NCBI GenBank assembly: GCA_951406725.2
Contig: OX597836.1
Location: forward strand, 20,522,001 to 20,586,000
Length of the DNA stretch: 64,000 nucleotides
Reading direction: 5' to 3'
From: Octopus vulgaris
Taxonomy: Eukaryota
Below are positions 1 to 12,580 of this stretch, piece by piece; within the stretch, counting starts at the first letter, position 1, and each line of letters begins with the position of its first letter. The translations under genes and the position numbers were made by a program. The notes beneath the pieces are model-generated. The model was not told where the DNA came from, searched no databases, and saw only the letters and a list, made by a program, of their open reading frames with translations.

Positions 1-74
1 GTCTATATGTATATGTTAAACGATGATGATGATATATATATATGTATATATGTATGTGTATATATGTATATATG

Positions 75-111
<37 letters not shown>

Positions 112-606
112 CGACATGATTGACAGTTTTCATTAAACTAGATGCAAGAGTGTGAAAAATAAACTTTCTTATATTTTTGTTTTGACTATTTTCCAGAAAT
201 CTGTAACAAGCAACTACTGCAAAGAGCAAGGTGAAGGTATCCATCGAGACTAAGGATTAATAGGTCAACAGATGAAACGTATTGGAGCCAATAGCAGACT
301 GCAATTAATGGTTGGTTGCTTGGTATTTAAAACTATATAAAAAAAAAAGAAAAAAAAAACTTATATATGTTAGATTTCTTTATTATTAATTCCACCACAT
401 AAAATTCTTGGCCCTGTGCCTAAATTAAGAACATCATCATTATTTAATACCAGTCTTCCTTGTTAGCAGGGACTGGGCAGTTTAACAGGATCTGACAAGC
501 TGGACGACTGCATTAAGCTCAAACATGTATTTTGGAATGGTTTCTATGGATGAATGCCCTAACTAATGGCAACAGCATTATTATTATTATTATTATTATT
601 ATTTTA

Positions 607-669
<63 letters not shown>

Positions 670-861
670 CATCATTATTATCATTATGTTCTGAGTTCAA
701 ATTCTACTGGGGTCAACTTTTCTTCTAATCCTTTCAGGGTTGATACATTAAGTACCAGTGAAACATTTGGGTTGATGTGATCGACTAGCCCCTCTCCCAA
801 AATTTCAGGCCTTTAATAGAAAAGAAGATCGTCATCGTCGTCATCATTATCATTATTATTA

Positions 862-1080
862 AGGTAGCGAGCTGGCAGAATTGTTAGCGCAGTTGGCGAA
901 ATGCTTTGTGACACTTCATCTGTCAGCATGTTCTGAGTTCAAACTCTTCTGAGGTCAACTTTGCCTTTCATCCTTTCTGGGTCGGTAAACTAAGTACCAG
1001 TGAAACACTGGAATCGATGTAATCGACTGGTTCCCTCCCCACAAATTTCAGGCCTTGTGCCTATGGTAGAAAGAATTATT
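862..1080 (+). mobile_element. tRNA-derived SINE family B (GCCTTTCATCCTTTCGGGGTCGAT core), decayed copy
   Basis: A-box-like AGCTGGCAGAATTGTTAGC, B-box GAGTTCAAA, then the shared core. Dozens of copies in the window, with neighbours at ~688-820 (+) and ~1105-1200 (-). Confidence 0.75.
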
Positions 1081-1229
1081 ATTATTATTACTAGGCCAAG
1101 TTGAACCCGGCAGAATTTGAACTCAGAATGTGAAGACAGATGAAATACCGCTAAGCACTTCACCCGGCATGCTATCAATTCTGCCAGCTCACTGCCTTTA
1201 CCTTACTAATAATAATAATGATTATAATG

Positions 1230-1518
1230 GACTCTCTTGTTGAAGATGACGTAGAGGTGTTCAGCTTTTGCTGGACGACCTGCACAAATGATTTGTTTAT
1301 AGTGATCTAATGTTTGTGCTGCACATTAGCTCATTCTCTCCATCAAATCAACATTGCCTGAACAGAGGCACGGTGTACCATGTGTCAGGTGTCAAGGTGA
1401 TCGCAGGGCAATGTGAAATTAAGTGTTTTGCTCAAGAACACAATGTACCACCCAGTCTAGGAATTGAAATCATGTTCACTAGATTGTGAGTCCAACACCC
1501 TAATCACTAGGTTATACC
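1230..1518 (-). mobile_element. tRNA-derived SINE family E head (TGTGTTCTTGAGCAAAACACTT) with a distinct tail
   Basis: Reverse complement gives a tRNA-like head plus GTGTTCTTGAGCAAAACACTTAATTTCAC, shared with 23587 and 53498; downstream sequence differs from both. Confidence 0.55.
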
Positions 1519-1555
1519 TAGTGGATAATAATAATAATAATAATAATAATAATTA

Positions 1556-1745
1556 ATTCTTTTATTGGCCACAAGGGCTGACAAAAATTAATTATAACAA
1601 AAAGGGACAAAACAGGACGAAAGGTTACAAAGGGTTTTGTCCGTTTGTAAAAAAACCGTGTAAAAACAGTGTAACAATAAAAAATTAGAACAACTTTAAA
1701 CTCCCAATAGTGGGAGGCGTTACGAAAGGTTCCTGGTGGAAAATA
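1556..1745 (-). mobile_element. 3' end of a retroposon, probably a LINE 3'UTR, with AATAAA and (ATT)n tail; second copy at ~39919-40125
   Basis: Two similar copies (AAGGGACAAAACAGGAC..ACAAAGGGTTTTGTCCGTTTG..GAAAGGTTCCTGGTGGAAAA) embedded in (AAT)n. The terminus resembles the family B tail. Confidence 0.55.
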
Positions 1746-2619
1746 ATAATAATAATAATAAAATAAGGGGGTAATAATAATAATAATAATAATAATAATT
1801 CTTTCTAATTGTTGGCATAAGGCCAGCAATTTTGAGGGAAGGGGAAGTCTGTTACATCAACCCCAGTACTTGAAAGATATTTCATAAATCCCTAAAAAGA
1901 TGACAGGTAAAATTGATGTAGGTGGTATTTGAACTCAGAATGTAAAGCGCCAGAAGGAATGCTGCTAAGCATTTTGTCTGACCAGTGCAAACAATAATAA
2001 CAAACAACATCGGTAATAATATTAACAACAAGATATTATAACTCAAACAGGCTAATGGAATAAATGAATGTTATTTTAGAATTCTTGTGGATAAAAAAAA
2101 AAACCCAGAAAAATACTACACAAAAAAGAGACAAAAATTTCTAAAAAAAAAATGTCTTGTGGTTGTTTGCATGCCATCAAAAGAATTTTAATCCCACCAG
2201 CTTTATCTGTCACAAACAGTTACTTTGCAAAGATTATATTATACAGTGTATGCCATTACCATCTTTAATATTTCTTTCAGAAACAGGAATTGGAGACAAA
2301 CAATACAGCAGTGTTGGACTGGTTGTTTTGCTGCAGCAATCTCTCTTTTTCACTCAGTTCAAATTTTGCCAGGGTTAGTTTTTTTTTTTGTTCTGTTTCT
2401 TTATTTTTTGTTTTTATTTTTACATTGTGGTTGGTGAATGATGATATTGTTGGGTATGTATTTTTTGATGGGCTTAATCAGTGGTTCACTTCACAGCCTT
2501 CCTGATGCTGATAAGGGAGTGTCTGTAATTCAATTCTGAACAAATATCCCATGGGACTTAGAGCATTTATTTTCTTTATGTCTTCTTGCCAGTATAAACA
2601 AATATGCACACATACAGAC

Positions 2620-3008
2620 ATCATCATCATCGTCGTCATCATTTAGCGTCCGTTTCCCATGCTAGCATGGGTTGGACAGTTTAACTGGGGTCTGTGAAGC
2701 CGGAAGGCTTCATCAGGCCCAGTCAGATTTGGCAGTGTTTCTACGGCTGGATGCCCTTCCTAACGCCAACCACTCCGTGAGTGTAGTGGGTGCTTTTTAC
2801 GTGCCACCTGCACAGGTGCCAGACAGAGATGGCAAACGGCCACGAACGGATGGTGTTTTTTTCGTGCCACCAGCACGGGGGCCAGGCAAGGCTGGCAACG
2901 GACACGAGCGGATGGTGCTTTTACGTGCCAACGGCACGGGGGCCAGGCGAGGCTGGCAACGGACACGAACGGATGGTGCTTTTACGTGCTACCGGCACGG
3001 GGGCCAGA
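2620..3008 (-). mobile_element. Family C (GAT)n-tailed retroposon (GGTTGGCGTTAGGAAGGGCATCCAG motif) with ~60-bp internal tandem repeat
   Basis: Conserved block plus (GAT)n tail; three to four ~60-bp units at ~2790-3008. Other copies at ~16845-17150, 19040-19235, 28315-28512, 29245-29450, 36060-36270, 39636-39870, 53258-53496, 54930-55212, 57685-57870 (-) and 58540-58748. Confidence 0.75.
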
Positions 3009-3010
3009 CG

Positions 3011-3043
<33 letters not shown>

Positions 3044-3229
3044 GTGTATGTGTGTATACACACACACACACACACACATGCAATTGACTTCCATTATTTC
3101 AAACTCCCAAATTCCACCCACATGGTATTGTCCAACTCAAGAGAGATATGTATGTATGTATGTATACATACATACAGTAAGGAGTATATAGAACACAGAA
3201 GCCAGTGAGTATGTCACGAAACTACTTAC

Positions 3230-3426
3230 CTCTAAGAGCTCGTCTCCAACTCTTATGCGACCATCATTGAAAGCGGCACTTCCAGGCTGGACACCAGCAA
3301 CATAGACACTCATTGTGCTTCGGTCCTTATTGCCAGCTAAGCTGATGCCTAACCCATTATTGCCTCGGTTCAAATCCACCAAAAAGATTTCTCCTGTTAA
3401 ATCAATATATTTGTTCTGAAGCTTTT
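3230..3426 (-). CDS. MPDZ: Internal coding exon of a multi-PDZ scaffold protein (MPDZ/MUPP1-PATJ/InaD-like), covering most of one PDZ domain
   Basis: Polypyrimidine tract and ttccAG acceptor (AG = 3428-3427). The 197-nt exon starts in phase 1 (AA) and reads KLQNKYIDLTGEIFLVDLNRGNNGLGISLAGNKDRSTMSVYVAGVQPGSAAFNDGRIRVGDELLE. Donor is GAG|GTAAGT (3229-3224). GLGISLAGNKDRS..MSV..DGR..GDELLE matches my recollection of MPDZ/PATJ PDZ8. The symbol is family-level; MPDZ and PATJ cannot be separated from one exon. Confidence 0.9.
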
Positions 3427-3943
3427 CTGGAAAAGAAAAAGAAAAAAAGAAAATAAATAAATAAATAAATAAAACACAAGTCTTTAAATAAATAAATAAA
3501 TAAAAGCATAAGTCTTGAATTAATTAAATTAATCACTTGAACAAACAGTTTTTCAATTTCAGTGTTATCATTTTAATGAATCTAAACATGACAGATGCCA
3601 TATAAATTGTTTCTGTTTATCTGCAAGAACCAATGCTGTCCATGTCTATACAACAATAGCAAAGTTTCTAAGAAGCAAACACAGGTGGGATCGTTATGTT
3701 CAACTATTGTACAGTGGTATGGAATGTAACACTTTGGGTCGTTGCTCTTTGTCTGAAGAGAGAGAAAATGGCATAACTGCTTGGATTGTGGGCAAGTAAA
3801 TATGCTTAAGATGTTTTACTACATATATCTATTTATCTGTTCATCCTCCTCTCCTCTTCAACAACAACAACAATACAAGATTTAAAGTAGGAAAAAAATG
3901 ATACCAACAATAACTAGAAAGTGTAACACAATGACTAGTATAC

Positions 3944-4346
3944 TTTTTACTCTTTTACTTGTTTCAGTCATTTGACAGTGGCCATGCTGGAGCACTGCCT
4001 TTTAGTCGAGCAAATCGACCCCAGGACTTATTCTTTGTAAGCCTAGTACTAATTCTATCGGTCTCTTTTGCTGAACCGCTAAGTTATGGGGACGTAAACA
4101 CACCAGCATCGGTTGTGAAGTGATGTTGGGGTGACAAACACAGACACACAAACATATACACACACATACATACATATGTACGACAGGCTTCTTTTAGTTT
4201 CCGTCTACCAAATCCACTCACAAAGCTTTGGTTGACCCGAGGCTATAGTAGAAGACACTTGCCCAAGGTGCCGCACAGTGGGACTGAACCCGGAATCATG
4301 TGGTTTGTAAGCAAGCTACTTACCACACAGCCACTCCTATGCCTAT
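3944..4346 (-). mobile_element. tRNA-derived SINE family A with an internal CA/TA microsatellite (possibly one of the described octopus OK/OR SINEs)
   Basis: Minus strand: A box TGGCTGTGTGG, B box GGTTCAGTCCC, CCTTGGGCAAGTGTC core, internal microsatellite, tail GCTCCAGCATGGCC..TGACTGAAACAAGTAAAA. More than 12 copies in the window. Confidence 0.85.
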
Positions 4347-4348
4347 AC

Positions 4349-4620
4349 TAGATATTATTATTCTGAACAAGAGGAAAGAAAGTGTGCATCATTACAGATG
4401 TGGTCAAAGAACAGGATTTGACGAGAGAAATACAAAGACTGGGGGGTTTCTACAAATGTAATCCAGTGGTCATGAGTTCTTAATGAGATTGTGTAACTAC
4501 GAGAGTTGCATTAATTCAGAAATCTGCTCTATTGGGAACTGCAAGGATTGTAAGAAAGGTCCTCCATGTCGAAGGACATTGATTCCCAATGTAAAACATT
4601 CATGAATAATAATAATGATG
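4349..4620 (+). mobile_element. Decayed 3' end of an R4/Dong-like non-LTR retrotransposon (restriction-like endonuclease class)
   Basis: 4502-4582 translates RVALIQKSALLGTARIVRKVLHVEGH*, matching the QK..LLGTA.I.RKVL C-terminus. Frameshifted LDIIILNK / DL.REIQRL / NPVVM remnants lie upstream, and an (AAT)n(GAT)n tail follows. Confidence 0.7.
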
Positions 4621-5049
4621 ATGATGATGATGATGATAATTTCTTTTATTGGCCACTAGAGCCCAAGACATGGAGGACAAAATCAAAAGACGAGTTACAG
4701 CGCACTAAAACAAAAACAGGTGGGGGTTTACATTGATCAAAGGGAGATACTATCACAATAAGGGATATAACAGAGGATATATAATTGAAATTAGAGAAAT
4801 AAATAAATAATTAGGATCCCCAATGGTACGGTAGTCCACTTTGGGTAATTTGGGTTAAACCCTTCACCTTTCTATTATAAGCACAAAGCTTGAATTTTTG
4901 TGGGTAGGGGGTTAGTCAATTACATCAACCCCTTTGTTGACTTACTTTATTGACCTTGAAAGCATGAAAGGCAAATCCGACCTCACTGGAATTTGGACTG
5001 AGAACAATGATAGATGAAGATTCAACCAGCCAAACTGCCTTATAAATAA

Positions 5050-5444
5050 CTAGCAGTATCGCCCGGCGTTGCTCGGGTTTGTAAGGGAAATAACTATATA
5101 AGCATTTTTAGAGAGTTATAGCCAAAAATAGCAAAAAAATGCATTAAAAATGGGGAAAAAATGATGGTAATTTTTTTTTTAAATCGTTGACTCATCGTAG
5201 ACATTTTTAGAGAGTTACTTCCCTTATATAATAGCGAAAAAATGCATTAAAATGGAAAAAAATTATGGTAATTTTTTTTTTTAATCGTAGACTCATCGTA
5301 GACGCGCGCTAATACCCAGAAGGGCTCGATATGAATCACGACTATAAGATACCCAAATTTGGTTACACTGCACCACAAAATGTGGGAGTAGTTAGGAATC
5401 TAAATTGTAGGAGACAGACACACAACTTCACTTTTATATATAAA
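5050..5444 (-). mobile_element. Non-autonomous Helitron (subfamily H1)
   Basis: Minus-strand 3' end is a CCCGAGCAACGCCGGG hairpin followed by CTAG|T. The interior is shared with 23033 and 28874 and has an internal duplication; the 5' TC end is degraded. Confidence 0.8.
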
Positions 5445-5831
5445 TCTAACAATAGTTTCTAATTTAGACACAAGGCCACAATTTTGAAGGGAGAAGACTA
5501 CTTGATTATACTGGTCCTCTCAGTTTCCATCACAAATCCACTCACAATGTTTTGGTCAGCCTGTGGTATAGTAGAAGACACTTTCCCAAGGTGCCATGTA
5601 GTGGGACGGAGCCCAAGTACATGTGGTTGAGAAGCAAACCTGTTAACCACATGGCCATGCCCATGCCTTCCCTGCCAAAATCTATGAATGTGGGAAATGT
5701 GTATGTATGTATGTGTGTAAATATTAGTGTATATGAGTTCCAAGTGTTCGGAATATATATGCACATAAGTAGGAGTGTGTATATGTGCATACATGTTTAT
5801 TTATGTACATTGATGTCAAGGCTTCTATATG

Positions 5832-5866
<35 letters not shown>

Positions 5867-7074
5867 ATGTTTATGAAAGTATGGCATCAATTACCTTTCT
5901 AGGCAGGTGTTTAATAGACGAGAGGCTATCACTAATTGGAGAGAAAGGGAAGAGAGAGAGAGAAAGACACTAATGGAATGTGAAGAGAAGAGACAGGAAA
6001 GAGAGAGAGAAAGAAAGAGAAACAGTAATTGAATGTGGAGAGAGAAAGAAAGAAAGAGATTATATTTGACTAGTGGAAAAACACCATCTTCAGAAGAGTT
6101 ACAAGGAAACAACACTAATTAAGACTTCAATAGAGACCACACTAATTAAAATTCTCAATTCAGAGACAGTTTCATTTCTGTTTTTGCTTGAATTTTTTTA
6201 CCTTACTTTTTACATCTCCATGATAACATGTGTGATGGTATTTTAATAACAGGGAAATGGTTTTATTTTTTTCGTTTTTGTTTTTGACAGCTGGCTGCCC
6301 TTCCTTAGCGCTTGTTTGGTTGCTCTAGGTGGTTGTTCAATCCAATATTCATCAAGAGCCATTGCCAGCTCCATAGGCACTTCCTACTTCTGTGGATATG
6401 GAAGCAGGTTTGTAGTGATCAACACAAGGATCCCGGACTCTTGAGGATTGCCACTTTGATAATGTCACAGAAATGTCTGTCTGTCTATCCATCTGTCCTC
6501 AATCCTTGTTGCCATATTCACAGTTCTGTTACTGAAGACCTTTTTCTTTTATTTTCTTTTTGTTTCAGCTATTAGATTGTGGCCATGCTGGGGCACCACC
6601 TTGGAGAAGTTTTTAGTCATATAAATTGACTCCAGTCAATACCAAAAGACGATTTATTTCACACTGTTCCAGTCCACTCAGCTGGCAAAAATTAGAAGTG
6701 CCTGTAATTCTATGGGCCAGCCTTGTCATAATTTGTGTCAGCTGTTCAAGAATTTGGACCTGGAGATCTCCATTTCCAGCAAGACGATCAAAGTTTTTTT
6801 TTCTTTTTCTCCCAAGGTCTGGGGTCTCCTGCCCCTAAGCCCTAGACCATCACCTAATCATCCTTACCCGTCTTGTTGCTTAACAACAACAACAACAATT
6901 TGTGTCATGCTGAATCTCGCTGAGAACTATGCTAAGGGTGTGCATGTCTGTGGAGTGCTCAGCCACTTGTTAACTTCATGAGCTTGATGTTGTCTGGAGT
7001 GGATCAATTGGAACACTGATTGTCATAACTGACAGTGCCAGTTTTGGTTAATGTGTATGATTTGATTTGATTTT

Positions 7075-7255
7075 GATTTTTCCAGTTTCAGCTCATGAGC
7101 TGTGGCCATGCTGGGGCACCGCCATTTGGTTTGCTACATGATTTTATCTCACGAATGCAACTGCCATTTGGTGCATGAGAGAGTTCGATGCAGCTGCCCT
7201 CATCTGCACCTCCTGCCGTGAAGTTGGTTCATCCGGGACACCTGACAGGAAGAGT
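7075..7255 (-). mobile_element. Retroposon 3' fragment sharing the family A tail (GGCGGTGCCCCAGCATGGCC + stem-loop + GAAAC) but with an unrelated body
   Basis: The tail matches family A; the ~140 nt upstream does not. Confidence 0.5.
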
Positions 7256-8375
7256 GTGAATTTTTTGTTTGCTTACGTGTGTGTGTGTGTGTGTGTGTGT
7301 GTATGCACACACACATTTCTGTTTGTGTACAAATTAACGGAGAACACAGGAACCAAAGCAATCTGTCTTTCCATGGCGAACAGTAATTTTATCTGGTTAC
7401 AACAGCACAAGGCTTTGCACAAAGTTCTCCAAGACAAGGCTAAAAGAACAAGGATGTGGTGTTTCACTTTCCATCATTTCATTGCACCAGAGCTGCTGCC
7501 GCTGCTTCTCTTGGTACCACAACTACTACTACTACTACTACTACTAAAGTAGTTGCTGTTGCTGTCTGTGTGTGAGGGATGCGGTGGGGGGAGAAATGGG
7601 TGGTGACAAAGCTGCTGTAATTGCAACTAGTCGTTGGTTCATTTAGCTTTCTTCTTATTGATATTATTGACTTTGTCCCCCCCTCTTAGAAACATCACCA
7701 CCACAACCGTTGCCGCTACTGCCATTACCACCGCCGCTGCTATGTGCTTCCATTTCGCATCATCTCTATTTCCAATGATGTCTTTGCAAGTGAAACCCTT
7801 CTTCCTCCTCCCCAACCACCCAAAAACAAACAAAAAAACAACTGACAAGCAAATACAAAATCAAAAAAATAAAATAAAAGTATACAAGCAAACAAGCAAA
7901 AGAACTAACTCCAATTTCTGAAAACTAAAAAAAAATAACAAAACAAAAAGAAAAAAATCCGTTTCTTTGTGAAAATCTTTCTGGGTTCTTGGACATTTTT
8001 ATAATAATTAAATTTTGTTTCTTTCACTCATGTTATTAAAAACTAATTAATTGATTAATTAATTAATTGGAAAAAAACCCCAAAAAAAAAAAGATATAAA
8101 AGAACTACCCCAGACTGAGGAAACTAGTGGTAATCTATGTCATCAAAAATTATTATTAAATGAGGAAGTTCATTAGTTTCAATAACTGTATGTAGCAAGG
8201 AAAAGGAAAGCTTTATGTTTTGGATCAAAGCTCTTTATCGGAAAAACAAATAGATACTGTTTCTGGTCTTCTCTCTAAAACATTAGTGGTGGTAGCAGCA
8301 GACAATCTTCCAATCAAACTAAACAAACCAGGTTTCCATTGGCTTTGTTTTTCCATTGCTGGTATCCTGTGTTGA

Positions 8376-8609
8376 AAAGGCAGCAAGCTGGCAGAATCGT
8401 TAGCACGCTGGGTGAAATGCTTAGCGGTATTTCGTCTGCTGCTGCGTTGTGAGTTCAAATTCTGCCGTGGTCGACTTTGCCTTTCATCCTTTTGGGGTCG
8501 ATTAAATAAGTACCAGTTACGCACTGGGGTCAATATAATCGACTTAATCCGTTTGTCTGTCCTTGTTTGTCCTCTCTGTGTTTAGCCCCCTGTAGGTAGT
8601 AAAGAAATA
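8376..8609 (+). mobile_element. Full-length SINE family B with 15-bp target-site duplication (TSD)
   Basis: TSD GGTATCCTGTGTTGA at 8361-8375 and 8610-8624; complete head, core and tail. Confidence 0.9.
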
Positions 8610-9185
8610 GGTATCCTGTGTTGACCAGAAGAGTCACCATTCTGGTTTCCTAGTGACAGGTGGTAGAATTTGAACTCAGAAGGTATGGTGTCAGACACTT
8701 TAACAATCCCAATAATCCACCACCCTATATTGGTATTTTATTTATCAACCAAAAAAGATGAAAAACAAAGTTGAGTTGAACTTGTGCATTCATGCAAATC
8801 TCCTCTCTCCACACCACTGATGTTTATCGAAGGGAAGAAACTACCAATTTGGGTTGGTATCAGGCACCAGTATCATTACAGACTTGTTGTCAGAACATAA
8901 AGGTCCAGATTGAATACTACCAGGCATTCTATTCAACACTAACATCTCTACCAATTCATCACCTTCTCTTTAAATCAACAGATTAAAAAGAACTAATGAT
9001 GGTGGCGCTCCAGCATGGCCCACAAACCACTAGTGGTAGTCAATAGAACAAATCTCTGTACATTAGAAAAGTACAATGATACAATCACTGCACACATATT
9101 GAAGTGACTCTGCAATTCTCTAGTCTTGGACAATAAACAACTTAAATCCTCAATGATAATATAAATTGATAATATAATATAAATT

Positions 9186-9579
9186 GTGGATGCGCAATGG
9201 CCCAGTGGTTAGGGCAGCGGACTCGCGGTCATAGGATCGTGGTTTCGATTCCCAGACCGGGCGTTGTGAGTGTTTATTGAGCGAAAACACCTAAAGCTCC
9301 ACGAGGCTCCGGCAGGGGATGGTGGTGATCCCTGCTGTACTCTTTCACCACAACTTTCTCTCACTCTTACTTCCTGTTTCTGTTGTACCTGTATTTCAAA
9401 GGGGGCCGGCCTTGTCACTTTCTGTGTCACGCTGAATATCCCCGAGAACTACGTTAAGGGTACACGTGTCTGTGGAGTGCTCAGCCACTTACACGTTAAT
9501 TTCACGAGCAGGCTGTTCCATTGACTCGGATCAACCGGAACCCTCGTCGTCGTAACCGACGGAGTGCTTCCTCTTCCTC
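9186..9579 (+). mobile_element. Full-length tRNA(Arg)-like SINE family D with 11-bp TSD
   Basis: TGGCCCAGTGGTTAGGGCAGCGGACTCGCGGTC..GGTTTCGATTCCC head; TSD TAATATAAATT at 9175-9185 and 9580-9590. Second copy ~61933-62305 (-); tail fragment ~6900-7040. Confidence 0.85.
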
Positions 9580-10105
9580 TAATATAAATTATGATCTGAT
9601 GCAAAAACTGCATTTCAATGTCTAGATTTTCTCTCTCTCTTCAAGATCAGAAAATAAAGTATGCCAACACTTGGAAACTCTCGGAAAAGCCTCCACTGAG
9701 AACCCACAATGGAATATATGTGTTTGTATTTGTGTGTGTGCTTTCCTCAGATTTCTACTCTTTGTGCTAAGTCTTGTGTGACATCTGCATGCCCATCAGG
9801 GATGAAGTGGAATGGGAATGGTCACAACGAAGGGCAAAATTATTACTGAATCAACAAATGAATTAGGTGTACCTGCATGTGAGTGTATGTGTGTGATTGA
9901 GTGCATATGGGTATCTATGTATGGGTATCTTGAGTGCATATGGGTATCTATGGGTGTCAGTGTAAACAGTGCATTGAGTTGCCAAGGTACTGCATTTAAG
10001 GGTAAATCCCAGCATTTATTTTGGTTCTGGTATTTACTAATCAATCCCTTTTTATAATTCATCATCATTATCATTATTTAATGTTGAAACCAGTATGTTT
10101 TATCA

Positions 10106-10302
10106 TTTACTTGTTTCAGTGTTTGGACTGCTGCCATGCTGGGGCACCACCTTGAAGGGTTTAGTTGAACAAATCACCTTCAGTACTTATTTTTAAGTCT
10201 AGTATTCGATTGGTTTCTTTTTGTTGAACCACTTAGTTATGGGGATGTTAACAAACCAACACTAGCTGTCAAACAGTAGTAGTGACAAAGACACACACAC
10301 AT

Positions 10303-10342
<40 letters not shown>

Positions 10343-10540
10343 TTATTTTATAGAAGGAGCTTCTACAGGACTAGAACTGTTTCATTCAAATGAAATCATC
10401 ATATACAATGAGTTTCTTTCAGTTTCCCTCTGCTAAATCCACTCATAAGGCATTGGTTAACCTGGCTTGTCCAAGGTGCCAAGCTGTAGGACTGAACACC
10501 AGAACCATATGATTGAAAAGCAAGCTCCTTACCACAACAG
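10106..10540 (-). mobile_element. SINE family A, decayed
   Basis: Same head, core and tail as 3944-4346, with an internal (TA)n. Confidence 0.7.
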
Positions 10541-10889
10541 AAACAAAAATGAAATAAAATAATAACAGAATATATAGATCCAATGGAATTCCGCAAAGTT
10601 TCTGTAAACTTAATTAATTTCTCTCACAAAGCTGTATTTGGCCAAGGAACTCTTCCCCAAAATATTTAATAAACAGAAACATTCCTAACTCAACTCGAAT
10701 ATTTGAAGCAGGAATGGGAAAGACTTGTGTGGCAGGAATTCTGGAAAATTCTCTGCTTCTTGATTAATTAAGACTCACTTGAAATCAGATTTTTCTGTAT
10801 CTAATTATGAAAGGTATTCACAGTTTCAACAGTGCGAGTTCACAATGAACAACAAATTGATAACGAACAGCTGTTAGTGTCAGTATTAC

Positions 10890-10902
10890 GTGTGTGTGTG
10901 TT

Positions 10903-10946
<44 letters not shown>

Positions 10947-10953
10947 TGTGTGT

Positions 10954-11006
<53 letters not shown>

Positions 11007-11662
11007 TGAGTGTTTGTTTGTGTGTGTACATACATTTATGGATGAGGAATGCGGATATCTGTGCATGTGTGTGTGCGTGTGTGCATGTATTCAGACAAAT
11101 GAGCATAAATGTGGATGTGAGTAAGCGCATGCAAATATATGCGATGTGTTTAAACGTGTGTTTGAGCAAGGTTTTATTTTTCTGTTTGTTTGCAGATTTG
11201 TTTGCGTGAACATATATTTATGAATGAGGAATGTAGTTATATATGCATATGTAGTGTTTGTATGCGTACAAATTGCGTTTGAATGTAGAATGTAGAATGT
11301 ACGTGTGCACATGCAAATATGTAAGGAAAGAGAGAGAGAGATAGAGATAGATAGACAGAGAGAGAGAGATAAAGAGAGAGATAGATAGATAGAGAGAGAG
11401 AGATAAAGAGAGAGAGATAGATAGATAGATAGACAGAGAGAGATAAAGAGAGAGATAGACAGAGAGAGAGAGATAGACAGAGAGAGAGAGAGATAGACAG
11501 AGAGAGAGAGAGAGAGATAGATAGACAGAGAGAGAGATAGAGAGGAAGTGTGTGTGTGTGTGTGTGCGTGTGTGTGTGAACAAGTATATCTATATAGATA
11601 AAAGTATGTGTGCAGAAAGTGCGGACAGATACGTGACTATATGGAAACGATTAGTCAAAATG

Positions 11663-11695
<33 letters not shown>

Positions 11696-11781
11696 AGTGT
11701 TATGTTTGTATGTTTGCATGCAAATTGAATACTGAAGTGTGAATGTATGTTTGCACATGCAAATATCTTCTAATTCATTTA

Positions 11782-11824
<43 letters not shown>

Positions 11825-12110
11825 GTTAATGTGTTCAAAAAGTGTGTAAAGGTACGTGACTCTACAGAAATGATTACTGGAAATCAAGAACAAGGATGAG
11901 TGCACATGAATAAACAAATATTCATATGTGTGTGTGTGTGTGTGTGTGTAAGCATGTGTGTGTGTGTGTAAGCATGTGTGTGTGTGTGTAAGCATGTGTG
12001 TGTGTAAGCATGTGTGTGTGTAAGCATGTGTGTGTGTGCATCCACTCACTATCTGATGTGTGAATGCATGTGTGTGGATACATGTGTGTGTGCACATGTG
12101 TATGCATAGG
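10890..12110. repeat. Compound microsatellite field: (TG)n, (AG/ATAG)n and (TAAGCATGTGTG..)n
   Basis: Directly visible; explains the His/Thr and Ser/Leu ORFs here. Confidence 0.9.
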
Positions 12111-12580
12111 TGATTAGGTACAGATGTATAGTGTGTGTATGTGTGTGGTCAGTGTATATATATATATCTCAGTAAGTGTATAAGATTTGCCATGTTGGAT
12201 GAATTATATCAGTTAGAGAGTGTGTACGTATCTATTTCTTCATGTATATGCATTAATAAAAGTGTCTGTGTAGTATCATATACAAACATTTATGAATATA
12301 ATTTTATATATTTACCTAGGTATACAAGTAAATCAACACACGTGTGTGTGTGCGCGCACGCACGTGTGTCTGTGTATGTGTGTGAGATCTAGAACAATGT
12401 TTATATCTGGCCAAGGTTGTTTCCTCTTTGTGTTTGTTTACACACACACACGGATGCAAGCAACCTTATGTTTCTCAAAGCTAAAGGTTCAAAGTGCGAA
12501 GATGTTCAATAAAGTACCCTACTTCAAAACAGAGGTTGGTATCAGGAAGGATACCCAGACACTGAATGCTATATCTAACT

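Noticed and set aside
2672-3208. 178-aa ORF with repeated motifs
   Set aside because: It lies in a family C repeat; the same LDALPNANHS peptide recurs in many dispersed copies.
1-3229. Next downstream exon of the PDZ gene (expected to start V/I-N-G)
   Set aside because: No matching frame with an acceptor was found; it presumably lies beyond the left edge of the window.
3137-3382. ORF 3137-3382 as a complete gene
   Set aside because: It is part of a spliced exon (3230-3426); the GTG start and the VSSFVTY.. tail are artefacts of reading into the intron.
7273-7467. Signal-peptide-like ORF with CAC|GTAAGC donor as an upstream exon
   Set aside because: The donor falls in phase 2 of this frame (the PDZ exon needs phase 1) and the ORF runs through a CA microsatellite.
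9190-9265. tRNA gene (also 23590-23660 and 53500-53570)
   Set aside because: The A/B boxes run directly into SINE bodies (with a TSD at 9186), and the acceptor stem and terminator are missing.
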